Assembly: GCA_038065555.1 (NCBI GenBank)
Contig: JBBTQS010000001.1
Coordinates: 192,741 to 256,740 of the forward strand
Length of the DNA stretch: 64,000 bases
Direction of reading: 5' to 3'
Origin: Patescibacteria group bacterium
GTDB taxonomy: Bacteria > Patescibacteriota > Patescibacteriia > Magasanikbacterales > JBBTQS01
Part shown: one piece after another, positions 12,624 through 21,878 of the stretch
Layout of the letters: each line of letters opens with the position of its first letter
Position numbering within the stretch: the stretch's first letter is position 1
Notes under the pieces: model-generated
What the model was told of the DNA's origin: nothing
The model's input: only the letters and a program-made list of their open reading frames with translations
The model's database searches: none
Translations under genes and position numbers: made by a program

Positions 12624-13460
12624 CTAAGAATGCGATGCCTCGTGCGATCCATTATGTGCCTCATCATGTCCTTCCTCACCATGTGGCGGCTCCGTTGCAA
12701 CGGTGAGGTACACAAGCGTAAGCATCGAGAACACAGTCGCCTGCACCACACCCACAATCAACTCAAGGAAGATGAAAGGCAATGGCGCTGCGTACGCAAT
12801 AAGTCCAGCAATAACTGTGAGCAATACTTCGCCCGCAAATACGTTACCGAACAATCGCAGTGAGAGCGACAACATCTTTGCAACTTCGCCGATCAATTCG
12901 AGGATTCCTACGAAGAATTCGATAAGAGCTGCAAAAATAGCTACTGGCCCCTTGCGCAAGCTCTTCCAAATACCACCCAGCTGAATGAACTTCCCTGCGT
13001 GGCGGAAGAATCCAATAGCCATGATACCGAGAATGTGCGAACTCACAACCGCAAGCACCGCAAGCGCAAGTGTCGTGTTGAGATCACTCGTTGCTGCGCG
13101 GAAAAGCGGAATGAGCATCACATGTCCTTCGTGCAATCCCCACACACCGATGGTTCCTACTCCAGGAATCAGTCCCATCCAGTTACTCACGAGAATGAAC
13201 ACGAAGAGTGAACCAACAATAGGAAGGAATCGACGCGCACGCGCACGGTCATTGGTCACCTTCTCGATCTGATCAATGAGCACCTCGAGAATTGTCTCCA
13301 CGAAATTCTGAATTCCGCGTGGAACAAGCGCACGTCGCGATCGCAATACCAGCGCAAGAATGATGAACAACCCGAGGGCAATCCACGTGTTGAGCATCGA
13401 ATTGGTGATCACGAATGATCCAATGTGTGCTACTGGTTCTGCTGCGAGTGGTACGATCAT
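12624..13460 (-). CDS. atpB: ATP synthase F0 subunit a
   Basis: SLSLRLFGNVFAGE, ELIVGVVQATVF. Confidence 0.97.
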   Translation of the reverse strand: MIVPLAAEPVAHIGSFVITNSMLNTWIALGLFIILALVLRSRRALVPRGIQNFVETILEVLIDQIEKVTNDRARARRFLPIVGSLFVFILVSNWMGLIPGVGTIGVWGLHEGHVMLIPLFRAATSDLNTTLALAVLAVVSSHILGIMAIGFFRHAGKFIQLGGIWKSLRKGPVAIFAALIEFFVGILELIGEVAKMLSLSLRLFGNVFAGEVLLTVIAGLIAYAAPLPFIFLELIVGVVQATVFSMLTLVYLTVATEPPHGEEGHDEAHNGSHEASHS

Positions 13461-13693
13461 AGTTCTTGAAATTCCTTACCGAACTTCTTTGCCTTGCGAG
13501 CAATCAGCACGGCGGAAATAGTGGCGGCGAGTGCAAATCCTCCAATGAGGAGCCATGGGCGCGTGCCCCAACGAGTATCCAAATAGTTGCCGAGATTCGC
13601 GAGAAGAACGACAGGTACGGCGATTGTGGCGCCGAAATCTCCTGCGATTCTCAGGGCAAATATCCAATATTTTCGTTCAGGTGCAGTGCTCAT
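13457..13693 (-). CDS. AtpZ/AtpI family protein
   Basis: LGNYLDTRWGTRPWLLI motif; first gene of atp operon. Confidence 0.85.
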   Translation of the reverse strand: MSTAPERKYWIFALRIAGDFGATIAVPVVLLANLGNYLDTRWGTRPWLLIGGFALAATISAVLIARKAKKFGKEFQEL

Positions 13694-13706
13694 GAAATAC
13701 GGCGCT

Positions 13707-13735
13707 ATTGTACCTATCTATGAGCCATTCGTCAA
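13707..13735 (-). promoter_or_regulatory. sigma70 promoter of atp operon
   Basis: TTGACG-17 bp-TACAAT. Confidence 0.7.
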
Positions 13736-13741
13736 GGGATT

Positions 13742-14605
13742 TCAAACTTCGATCCCAAAGAGTCTGCGGGCATTGGCTCGTGTAGTGTCCAGGACTTCGG
13801 CGAGAGTACAACCCTTGAGTGTCGCCACACATTGCGCGACGTCTAATACATACAGCGGCTCATTGCGTTTGCCGCGATGTGGAATAGGTGTGAGATACGG
13901 AGCATCTGTTTCTACGAGGATCCATTCAAGCGGAAGTTCACGAACGACTTTCTGGAGATCAGTCAGTGTCTCGCCACTTGATTTCTTGGGTGGGAACGTA
14001 ATCACTCCAGTGAGCGATGTGTAGAACCCGAGAGCGTGATAGCGCTTCGCCTCCTCGAGAGATCCCGTGAAGCAGTGAATAACACCTCGGCGCGCGAGCT
14101 TCCCCGCAGCAATGTACTCCTCGAGAATGTCAGCACAGTCCTGGTGTGCGTCGCGACAATGGATCATGACTGGCTTGTCCACTATCTCGCACAAATCAAG
14201 ATGCTGTCGAAATACTTCCTTTTGTCGCGTCTGCACTTCCTCGATCGATCGTTCGGGTGGAATGCGATACCAGTCCAGCCCACACTCCCCGATCGCAACG
14301 ACTTTTGGATCCTGCGCCAACGAGAGATAATATTCGAAATCAAACGATTCCTCACGCGTCATGAACGGTGACTCATCTTCGTCAATCATCACGGGGAAAA
14401 GATGGTTAGGATGCAGTCCGACAGTTGCCCAGAGTCCTTCAGTTGCCCGCGCAACTTCTACACCCTTCTTGCTCGTGTCGCGCTGCGTTCCGACCGTGAT
14501 CATCGCAACACCTCCTGCAACCGTACGATCAAGAACCGCGGCCATATCGTCGCGGTAACTGTTGAAGTGAATGTGACAATGACTATCGAGTGCAACGTAG
14601 CTCAT
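13742..14605 (-). CDS. tatD: TatD family DNase
   Basis: DSHCH, GLHP, AIGECGLD, IHCRDA, HCFTG, ETDAPYL. Confidence 0.95.
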   Translation of the reverse strand: MSYVALDSHCHIHFNSYRDDMAAVLDRTVAGGVAMITVGTQRDTSKKGVEVARATEGLWATVGLHPNHLFPVMIDEDESPFMTREESFDFEYYLSLAQDPKVVAIGECGLDWYRIPPERSIEEVQTRQKEVFRQHLDLCEIVDKPVMIHCRDAHQDCADILEEYIAAGKLARRGVIHCFTGSLEEAKRYHALGFYTSLTGVITFPPKKSSGETLTDLQKVVRELPLEWILVETDAPYLTPIPHRGKRNEPLYVLDVAQCVATLKGCTLAEVLDTTRANARRLFGIEV

Positions 14606-15141
14606 GGCTTGTGTTCAAAAAGATGTTCAACATGTTCCCACGCTTCCGGCAACAACGGGAATAGGACTGCTGCCATATCCACGAGCCACGGCGCAACAGT
14701 CGAACCTTCGAAGAAGTGCTTCATCCCTTCACCAAACGGAAACGCGGACAAATACGCGATACCAAGTCCCAATACAAGTGCGCCTTCCAGAAATCCAGCG
14801 AGTCCACCAAGGAAATGATTGATCGAGTTCAAAAAAGGAATCGAGCGCATGATGTTGAGACTCTTGTCCAACATCCAGAACACCATTCCCACCAATCGAT
14901 TGACGATAAAGAACGTACTAAAGAACACCAGCACATGCGCAGTCCCCACTGGGAAGTTAACCTGCGTCAGGAGCCACTCTGTAATTCCATTATTGTAATG
15001 TGTTGCAACATACGCTCCTGCAACCGTACCCACCACAGATCCCACCGCATGAATCGCGCCAGCCATCCACCCAAACGATGTGAACCCGAGCATTGCCAGG
15101 AACAAAAAAACATCTGGGTTGAAGACTTCTGCGATTTTCAT
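14602..15141 (-). CDS. CvpA family membrane protein
   Basis: Four TM segments, INHFLGGLAGFLEG motif. Confidence 0.8.
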   Translation of the reverse strand: MKIAEVFNPDVFLFLAMLGFTSFGWMAGAIHAVGSVVGTVAGAYVATHYNNGITEWLLTQVNFPVGTAHVLVFFSTFFIVNRLVGMVFWMLDKSLNIMRSIPFLNSINHFLGGLAGFLEGALVLGLGIAYLSAFPFGEGMKHFFEGSTVAPWLVDMAAVLFPLLPEAWEHVEHLFEHKP

Positions 15142-15153
15142 ACCGTACGAATA

Positions 15154-16659
15154 TTATTCGCCGATCTTTGGGAAAAGGATCTGCGACTGGCCCACCCGCT
15201 GTCCGGCGGTAATATGGGAGAGCTCAATGCCAGGTGCCCACACCGCTCCAGGCGCCTCACATCCGAGTTGCGACAACATTTTTGTTGCCGTCTCGGGCAT
15301 GATCGGAAGGAGCATGTATGCAACATGCATGAGCTTGTCTGCGAGCAAGTATAACACAGTGCCCAAGCTCGCGTCGTTGTTCTTCGCCAACTCCCAAGGC
15401 TTCTCCTCTGTAATAACGCGGTTAGCATCGCGCACATGATCCCAGATCACCGTGAGCGCACTCGTGAAATCAAATCGCTCCATCGCGTCTGCATAGTGCT
15501 TCCACGTTGCATCATACGTTGGCGGGATGACGCCACACGCAGGTATCACACTGTTGCTGAACTTGTGATGCATCACCACAACGCGCGAGACGAGATTGCC
15601 CAGCGCATTTCCCAACTCATCGTTGTATCGAGTCTCTAACTTCTCGAGCGAAAAATCTCCATCTTCTCCAAATGTAATCTCACGCAATAGGAAGAAGCGC
15701 AGCGCATCCTTCGTATATTTCTGCGCTGTTGTTACAGGATCGATGACATTACCCAGCGATTTGCTCATCTTCTGTCCATCGATGGTGAAGAATCCATGAG
15801 CAAAGACCTGTTCTGGAATGGCGATATCCGCTGCCATGAGCATGGCAGGCCAGAGTGCGCAGTGGAATTTGATGATGTCTTTGCCGACCAGTTGTACTTG
15901 CGCTGGCCAGAACTTCTCGAATTGCGCCTGATCAGTCCCAAATCCAATAACCGACAGATAATTAATCAATGCATCGAACCAGACATACAACACTTGTGAT
16001 GGATCCGTCGGTACTGGAATGCCCCAAGTCTGCGTCTGTCGAGAAATACTTACGTCCTCGAGATGATCCTTGATATAGTTGACGATCTCATTGCGACGAG
16101 ATGTTGGCTGCACGAACTCTGGATGTGACTCAATGTGTGCCAAAAGCGCATCACGATATTTGGTGAGTCGGAAGAAATAATTTTTTTCCTTGATCGTCTC
16201 TGGCTTGCGACGGTGCAGCGGACACTCACCTGCCTCATTGAGATCCGTTGCGCGATAGAACGCTTCGCACCCCGTGCAATAGAGCCCTTGGTATTCGCCT
16301 TCGTAGATATCTCCCTTGGCTTCGACTCTGCGGAAAAATTCACGAACTGCTGCGAGGTGTCGTGGCTGCGTTGTGCGAATAAAATCTGTGAACGTGAGAT
16401 CCATCTCCTTCCACGTAGATTCCCACTGTGCAGCCATTTCATCAATGTACCCATGAATCGTTGCGGCTCCAGCTTTTTGCGCAGCGTCAACACTTTTTTG
16501 ACTATTCTCGTCTGTGCCTGTGGCAAAAAATACATCCTTACCTGTCAGCCGATGATACCGTGCAATAACATCTGCAACGATCGTGGTGTACGCATGCCCA
16601 ATATGCGGCCGATCGTTAATATAGTAAATCGGCGTGGTCAAGAAATAGGTTTTGGACAT
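15154..16659 (-). CDS. metG: methionine--tRNA ligase (short form)
   Basis: TTPIYYIN...HIGH, KMSKS, YVWFDAL. Confidence 0.97.
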   Translation of the reverse strand: MSKTYFLTTPIYYINDRPHIGHAYTTIVADVIARYHRLTGKDVFFATGTDENSQKSVDAAQKAGAATIHGYIDEMAAQWESTWKEMDLTFTDFIRTTQPRHLAAVREFFRRVEAKGDIYEGEYQGLYCTGCEAFYRATDLNEAGECPLHRRKPETIKEKNYFFRLTKYRDALLAHIESHPEFVQPTSRRNEIVNYIKDHLEDVSISRQTQTWGIPVPTDPSQVLYVWFDALINYLSVIGFGTDQAQFEKFWPAQVQLVGKDIIKFHCALWPAMLMAADIAIPEQVFAHGFFTIDGQKMSKSLGNVIDPVTTAQKYTKDALRFFLLREITFGEDGDFSLEKLETRYNDELGNALGNLVSRVVVMHHKFSNSVIPACGVIPPTYDATWKHYADAMERFDFTSALTVIWDHVRDANRVITEEKPWELAKNNDASLGTVLYLLADKLMHVAYMLLPIMPETATKMLSQLGCEAPGAVWAPGIELSHITAGQRVGQSQILFPKIGE

Positions 16660-16661
16660 AT

Positions 16662-16690
16662 TTGACATGGAAACATCTATAGTATACTAT
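16662..16690 (+). promoter_or_regulatory. sigma70 promoter of putative ncRNA
   Basis: TTGACA-17 bp-TACTAT. Confidence 0.6.
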
Positions 16691-16696
16691 TGCACA

Positions 16697-16975
16697 TCCA
16701 CATGTCTCTCACTTCATGTGGACAAGGTCCGTTAGGTGCTGCACTGGCCCGTTTGGGGCTCTGGCAACGCAGAGGTTCTATGCTGTGTCATCCCGCCCAC
16801 ACCATCACCCTCGCGCCGAGCCATCGATTGAAGTACGTGTCATGTCACGCACAGGGAGGGCGATACTCTCAGGTGCGTGGCTGAGTGGCCACTCACACCT
16901 ACAACAACTTTCCAGCACACAACGGATCGAGACCCCTAGACTTTGCTAACGCATTGGCTGGGGGTTTCATTTTTT
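16697..16975 (+). ncRNA. putative structured ncRNA (about 280 nt), family unassigned
   Basis: 5' hairpin, long-range closing stem 16726-16741/16913-16928, internal stems, plus-strand terminator hairpin with T-tract; own promoter. Confidence 0.55.
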
Positions 16976-17642
16976 ATTGTGGAGCCAAGACAAGGACAAA
17001 TTCACCCTTTTCAACAATCTGTGGCAACACCTGCGCAATAGTCCCACGATATACGGTCTCGAACTGTTTCGTCAATTCACGACAGACGACCACACGTCGA
17101 TCTCCCATGGCGCTCTCGAGCTCCGTGAGTGTTTTCTTGATGCGGTGCACAGACTCGTAGAGCACAATACATCCGCGTTCTTGTGCGAGCTCTGCAATGC
17201 GCGTCTGTCTTCCTTTTTTTACAGGCAAGAATCCTGCGAACACCACACGATCAAATGCAAACCCGGCGACCGAAAGCGCTGCAGCAAGCGCACTAGGGCC
17301 CGGAATAGCGACAATGGAGACTTCTGGAAGATGCGCGCTCACGTACGCCACAACTGCCGCACCTGGATCAGACACACCTGGCGTACCAGCGTCGCTGACC
17401 ACAGCCACATCACTTCCCTTCTCCAGGAGACTACGAATCTCATGCATGGTCTTCGCAGTTGCATGTTCATCGAGTCGTAACGTATGTGCAGCACTCTCAA
17501 TATGTGAAAGGAGTTTCTTAGTCACGCGCGTATCCTCACAACAGACCATGGGCACAGCGCAAAGAATCTCACGCGCACGCGCAGTGAGATCTCCGAGATT
17601 TCCGATAGGTGTTGCGACAATATAGAGTGTTCCAGCAGGCAT
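16974..17642 (-). CDS. rsmI: 16S rRNA (cytidine1402-2'-O)-methyltransferase
   Basis: LYIVATPIGNL, CEDTR, SDAGTPGVSDPG, RELTKQFE. Confidence 0.96.
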   Translation of the reverse strand: MPAGTLYIVATPIGNLGDLTARAREILCAVPMVCCEDTRVTKKLLSHIESAAHTLRLDEHATAKTMHEIRSLLEKGSDVAVVSDAGTPGVSDPGAAVVAYVSAHLPEVSIVAIPGPSALAAALSVAGFAFDRVVFAGFLPVKKGRQTRIAELAQERGCIVLYESVHRIKKTLTELESAMGDRRVVVCRELTKQFETVYRGTIAQVLPQIVEKGEFVLVLAPQ

Positions 17643-17665
17643 GTTATTGTGGATACCCAACACCG

Positions 17666-17917
17666 CTAGTTCTCTGGAAAAATCTGATTTCCTTCCTCAT
17701 CAAACAGCTTGATAGCAAGCACGGGGCAGCTCTGGGCTGCGAGTAACAACGTGTCATCATCTGCACCTTCAGGATCAACAATGTACGCCTTTTGCTCGTC
17801 ATTCATCTGGAATACTCCTGGCGCTACAACAACGCAACTCACCGCACCAATACACGCGTCCTGGTCAACGATAATTTTGTGAATGCGACCAGTTTTGCGT
17901 TCTCGATTATCTTCCAT
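17666..17917 (-). CDS. single-cluster ferredoxin (probably 3Fe-4S)
   Basis: CIGAVSC...CP motif. Confidence 0.88.
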   Translation of the reverse strand: MEDNRERKTGRIHKIIVDQDACIGAVSCVVVAPGVFQMNDEQKAYIVDPEGADDDTLLLAAQSCPVLAIKLFDEEGNQIFPEN

Positions 17918-17924
17918 AGCATTG

Positions 17925-18266
17925 TTAGAATAAATCCTCGCGATCGATAATAAGATTGATTGCGGCATCAGTCACCATCCCTTGGTTGTGCGGCAACGTG
18001 CGCGCGTTCTCCACATTCTCATGCACGCTGCGTGGCGTGTTGTGGTGCACCACATTCCCATTCACATCAACGTTGGGTCCGATACTACAATACCCCGTGC
18101 AGTTGCGCGTTGCAACTGACACGGTTGTGTCATCTTTGTACGCTTCTTCGAGCACGGTCACGAGTTGCACAGCGTTGCGCGCCATACAATCTCCACCGCA
18201 ACAGACACGCACATCATCTGGCTCGCGCGGCGACTCACTAGACGCAACAGGCTCGTTAGTTACCAT
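17925..18266 (-). CDS. thioredoxin-like [2Fe-2S] ferredoxin
   Basis: VCCGGDC...CTGYCSIGPNV (NuoE-like Cys pattern). Confidence 0.85.
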   Translation of the reverse strand: MVTNEPVASSESPREPDDVRVCCGGDCMARNAVQLVTVLEEAYKDDTTVSVATRNCTGYCSIGPNVDVNGNVVHHNTPRSVHENVENARTLPHNQGMVTDAAINLIIDREDLF

Positions 18267-18930
18267 AATATTTCTCCGCGTAGAAACGGATCAACTCCTC
18301 AACCTGCTGACGAACTTCAGCGCTTGCACCAACGCCCACCTTCAACTTCTTCTGTACTTCCTCAAGCGTCGTTGCGCCTTCGAGTACTGCTTCCTCGATA
18401 TCATGATCTGTAGTATTCGTTGCAGGATCAATAACACGCTTGCCTTCTACTTGCACGCGCTGATGCTGCTCTGTTGCATGGAAATACGTGTTCACTGCTT
18501 TGCGAAATGCTTTGTCTGCAAGGACTGAGCAGTGAATCTTGCGATTAGGCAGTCCGCCGAGGCGTACCATGATGTCTTGTGGCTTGATCTTGAGCGCGTC
18601 GTCAACACGCAGCCCGCCATCCTCTGTAATCATCACAGAGAACATCGACGTAGCAGCGATAGCAGATCCACACCCGAATGTCTTCCACTTGAGATCTGTA
18701 ATGCGCTCTGTCTCCTTGTCTACCTTGATCCAAATATCCATGACGTCCCCACACGCAGGTGAACCTACGGTTCCACGCGCATCGAACTGCGCTTCCATCT
18801 CTGGCGTCGGCTCATCGAGCAACAAATTGCGTGGATGAAAAAAATGATCCTTTACAATTGGTGAATACACCCAGCGCTGACCGGTGTGCTCGTTCACGAC
18901 ATCTGATCCTTGTGCTTTGACTGGTTCCAT
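18256..18930 (-). CDS. iscU: Fe-S scaffold IscU/NifU-N with C-terminal BFD-like domain
   Basis: GSPACGDVM, TFGCGSAIA, LPNRKIHCS. Confidence 0.88.
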   Translation of the reverse strand: MEPVKAQGSDVVNEHTGQRWVYSPIVKDHFFHPRNLLLDEPTPEMEAQFDARGTVGSPACGDVMDIWIKVDKETERITDLKWKTFGCGSAIAATSMFSVMITEDGGLRVDDALKIKPQDIMVRLGGLPNRKIHCSVLADKAFRKAVNTYFHATEQHQRVQVEGKRVIDPATNTTDHDIEEAVLEGATTLEEVQKKLKVGVGASAEVRQQVEELIRFYAEKYYGN

Positions 18931-18936
18931 AGTGTT

Positions 18937-20232
18937 TTATTTCTTAGTAACAAAGTGTGGCAAACCATCTTCGACAAATGCCGAAGCCATGCTCACTGAT
19001 TTCTCATCTCCCATCGCAATACGCACAGGCGAAACCTGACGCAAGAATGCAACCGTTGGCACAAGTACCGTGAGCACATACTCGAGATCCTCGCGTGTCG
19101 TTGTCTTGCCGAGCGTGAATCGCATGCTGCTGTGCGCGTACTCATACGGACGGCCAATGCCAGTGATCACATGCGAAGGATCAAGTGACTCACTCGTGCA
19201 CGCACTTCCGGTGCTCATACTAATACCATACTCATCGAGATACAGAATGAGCGCCTCACCCTCAATATCTAGAATCGAAACGTTGATGTTATTAGGCAAT
19301 CGCTCTGTCGGATGACCGTTGAGCACGATCTTCGGCATACGCGCATGCAATTCCTTGATGAACCAGTCGCGCAATTCGAGAAGTCGCGCATTCTCTGCGT
19401 CCTTCTCCGCCTGCATATTTGCGATCGCTGTTGCGAGTCCTACAATGTACGCAACGTTCTCCGTACCTGCGCGCTTGCGGAATTCCTGTCCGCCGCCCAT
19501 CACAATAGGCTTGATCGACACGCCCTTGCGAATGAAGAGCGCGCCAACACCTTTCGGCCCATAAATCTTCGAGCCATTGATCGTCATGAGATCAACATGG
19601 AGCTTGTCCACATTCATCTCAAGCGCACCTGCTGCCTGACATGCATCGGTGTGCAAAAATGGCGGCTCTGTTGGTCCGCGACCATGCTCCTTCTTCCACT
19701 TCGTGATCGCGTTACCAATTTCACCAATAGGATTGATGGTTCCAATTTCATTATTTGCGTACATGATCGTGACAAGCGTCGTGTCCTCACGCAGCGCAGC
19801 CATTACCGACTCCACGCTCACACGTCCCGTCTCATCCACTGCAACATACGTAGTCTCAAACCCTTCCTTCTCGAGCGCTTCGAGCGGATGCAATACTGCG
19901 TGATGCTCAATAGCCAACGAGATCAGATGCTTGCCCTTTGCAGCATACTGACGTGCAATGCCAAATACCGCCATGTTGTCGCTCTCTGTACCACTTCCTG
20001 TAAAAATAATATTTCCAGGATTGCAACCAAAAATAGTTGCAATCGTTGTTCGCGCTTGCGTCACAGCGTAGAGCGCCTCGCGTCCTGCATCATACAACCC
20101 ACCTGGATTACCGTAGATGGTTGTGAAGTATGGTGTCATGGCTGCAAGCACACGTGGATCCATGGGTGTTGCTGCTGCATGATCCAAGTAGACGTTGCGC
20201 TTTGCAACTTGCGGTGGCTGGAATTGTGACAT
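18937..20232 (-). CDS. iscS: cysteine desulfurase (group I)
   Basis: YLDHAAATP, HTDACQ, SKIYGPKG, STGSACTS. Confidence 0.94.
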   Translation of the reverse strand: MSQFQPPQVAKRNVYLDHAAATPMDPRVLAAMTPYFTTIYGNPGGLYDAGREALYAVTQARTTIATIFGCNPGNIIFTGSGTESDNMAVFGIARQYAAKGKHLISLAIEHHAVLHPLEALEKEGFETTYVAVDETGRVSVESVMAALREDTTLVTIMYANNEIGTINPIGEIGNAITKWKKEHGRGPTEPPFLHTDACQAAGALEMNVDKLHVDLMTINGSKIYGPKGVGALFIRKGVSIKPIVMGGGQEFRKRAGTENVAYIVGLATAIANMQAEKDAENARLLELRDWFIKELHARMPKIVLNGHPTERLPNNINVSILDIEGEALILYLDEYGISMSTGSACTSESLDPSHVITGIGRPYEYAHSSMRFTLGKTTTREDLEYVLTVLVPTVAFLRQVSPVRIAMGDEKSVSMASAFVEDGLPHFVTKK

Positions 20233-20238
20233 AGAGGA

Positions 20239-20637
20239 TTAGGTGAGTTCTGTAAGTGGGACGTTGCGCAGAAGTTGCGCGATTTGATAATTGATTTTGC
20301 TGACGACTTTCTTCGTGCGACATTTGTGTTCGAATGCGCAAGCGCCTGGCTTGCTCACACACAACGTCACAGACACTGGACCTTCGATTGCTTCCACAAC
20401 ATCTTGTACCGTGAACTCTGCTGCAGGACGAGCCAATCGATATCCTCCCGTACTCCCCTTCGTCGCACTCACGATTCCTGACCGCTTGAGCCGAATCGCA
20501 ATACGTTGCAAGAAGAGCGAAGAAAGCGTAGACTGACGAGCAAATTCCCTGATCGACAAACTCGCGCCCTCAGGCACACGCGTGAGTGCGGCTACAAATT
20601 GCAGCGCGTAGTCAGTTTGTCGAGATAGCGTAAGCAT
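20239..20637 (-). CDS. Rrf2 family transcriptional regulator (IscR-like, 3 Cys)
   Basis: TDYAL...GSTGGYRLAR...EAIEG; C-x6-C-x5-C. Confidence 0.9.
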   Translation of the reverse strand: MLTLSRQTDYALQFVAALTRVPEGASLSIREFARQSTLSSLFLQRIAIRLKRSGIVSATKGSTGGYRLARPAAEFTVQDVVEAIEGPVSVTLCVSKPGACAFEHKCRTKKVVSKINYQIAQLLRNVPLTELT

Positions 20638-20642
20638 TGCGC

Positions 20643-20700
20643 AATGTATACTAAATCAGTATGATATGCGCATCGTACGCGAAACTCTCCTCTGTGTCAA
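20643..20700 (-). promoter_or_regulatory. isc promoter and putative Rrf2 operator
   Basis: TTGACA-17 bp-TACGAT followed by inverted repeat ATACT-N5-AGTAT (20648-20662). Confidence 0.65.
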
Positions 20701-20706
20701 GACCCT

Positions 20707-21381
20707 ATGCCCAACCTATTTCGCGCAAAACTTGTAGAGAAAAAAGCACTAACATCATCTATTTTTTGGTGCGTTTTTGAGGTAATTGAGCCCGCGAATT
20801 TCACCTACACCCCAGGCCAATTCGTGCACATCGACATTCCAACTGCAGAAGGCAAAATCGTTCGCCGCTCATACTCCATTTGTTCTGGCAACGTAGAGAC
20901 TGGAAGATTTGAACTCTGCGTCAAGCTTGTTGAAGGTGGTACTGGTTCTGTGTATCTCAACGCCCTCACTGCTGGTGATGAGATCAATGGCGAAGCTCCA
21001 CTTGGACACTTTGTTGTGAAGGACAAAACGGTTCCTATCGTATTCATTGCAACAGGCACTGGTATTGCGCCGTTTCGCGCGATGCTTGCTGACGCACCGC
21101 ACGCAACCGTGTGGTTCGGCAACCGCTGTGAAGAAGATGTATTCTGGATGGAAGACCTCGAATCTCGCGCAGCGCAATTCCATGTCACACTCTCCCAACC
21201 AAGCGATACGTGGACAGGGCTGCGCGGTCGCGTCACTGCACACACCAACGTCATCGTGCACGAGAATCCGTCCACGCACTATTACTTGTGCGGCACCCCG
21301 CCCATGGTACTTGAGATGCGCAAAGCACTCATCGCATCTGACATCAGTCCAACAAATATCTTCTTCGAACTTTTCACCTAG
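20707..21381 (+). CDS. ferredoxin-NAD(P)+ reductase-like FAD-binding oxidoreductase
   Basis: PGQF, RRSYSI, GGTGS, ATGTGIAPF, YLCG, terminal ELF. Confidence 0.92.
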   Translation: MPNLFRAKLVEKKALTSSIFWCVFEVIEPANFTYTPGQFVHIDIPTAEGKIVRRSYSICSGNVETGRFELCVKLVEGGTGSVYLNALTAGDEINGEAPLGHFVVKDKTVPIVFIATGTGIAPFRAMLADAPHATVWFGNRCEEDVFWMEDLESRAAQFHVTLSQPSDTWTGLRGRVTAHTNVIVHENPSTHYYLCGTPPMVLEMRKALIASDISPTNIFFELFT

Positions 21382-21384
21382 ACT

Positions 21385-21780
21385 ATGCCTACGAAATCCG
21401 TTGTTGTTTGTGCATCGAAGCGCTAAGCAAAAGAAGTTGCCGCGTTTTGTGACGAGCTGGAATCACTCGGCGTGACAGTCTTCCGACCCAACATCTCCGA
21501 ACCTATTTTTGAAAATGAAATGCACGTGACGCCGCACATCACTCGCATGCTCTTCAAGGGTCTCACGCTCGAACACTTCGACATGATCCGCAAGGCCGAC
21601 GCATGTTATGTGCACAATATTGATAGCTACGCAGGCGTAAGTGTCTCCATGGAAATGGGCTACGCCACTGCACTTGGCAAACCTCTCTACGCACTCAATC
21701 CAACAACAGGAGATCCTTGCCGCGACAGTCTCATCGATCGCGTGACACCAACAGCCGCATCACTCGCTGCGTTGCTCTAA
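21385..21780 (+). pseudogene. nucleoside 2-deoxyribosyltransferase-like gene with in-frame TAA at codon 14
   Basis: MPTKSVVVCASKR*AKEV... continues in frame into the 21472 ORF (IRKADA...YAGVSVSMEMGYA). Confidence 0.65.
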
Positions 21781-21878
21781 ATAAAAAAGCACCCCTCGAC
21801 CTTCACACCGCGTTGTGCGATGAGATGGTCGAGGGGGCTAAATCGCCCAGGAGCAAAGTCCTTGCGATCACGCGCGTA

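Noticed and set aside
16742-16770. ACTGGCCCG...GGCAAC resembles a SAM-I riboswitch next to metG
   Set aside because: Wrong strand for metG, and the ATC..GAG, GAGGGA and downstream P1/P4 elements are absent
16690-16975. RNase P RNA or T-box leader (rsmI/metG context)
   Set aside because: No GAGGAAAGTCC or T-box GGTGGxACCGCG motif on either strand
21785-21840. Long imperfect hairpins after orphan genes (also 52205-52250) as integron attC sites
   Set aside because: No RYYYAAC/GTTRRRY ends and no integron integrase; T-tracts indicate terminators
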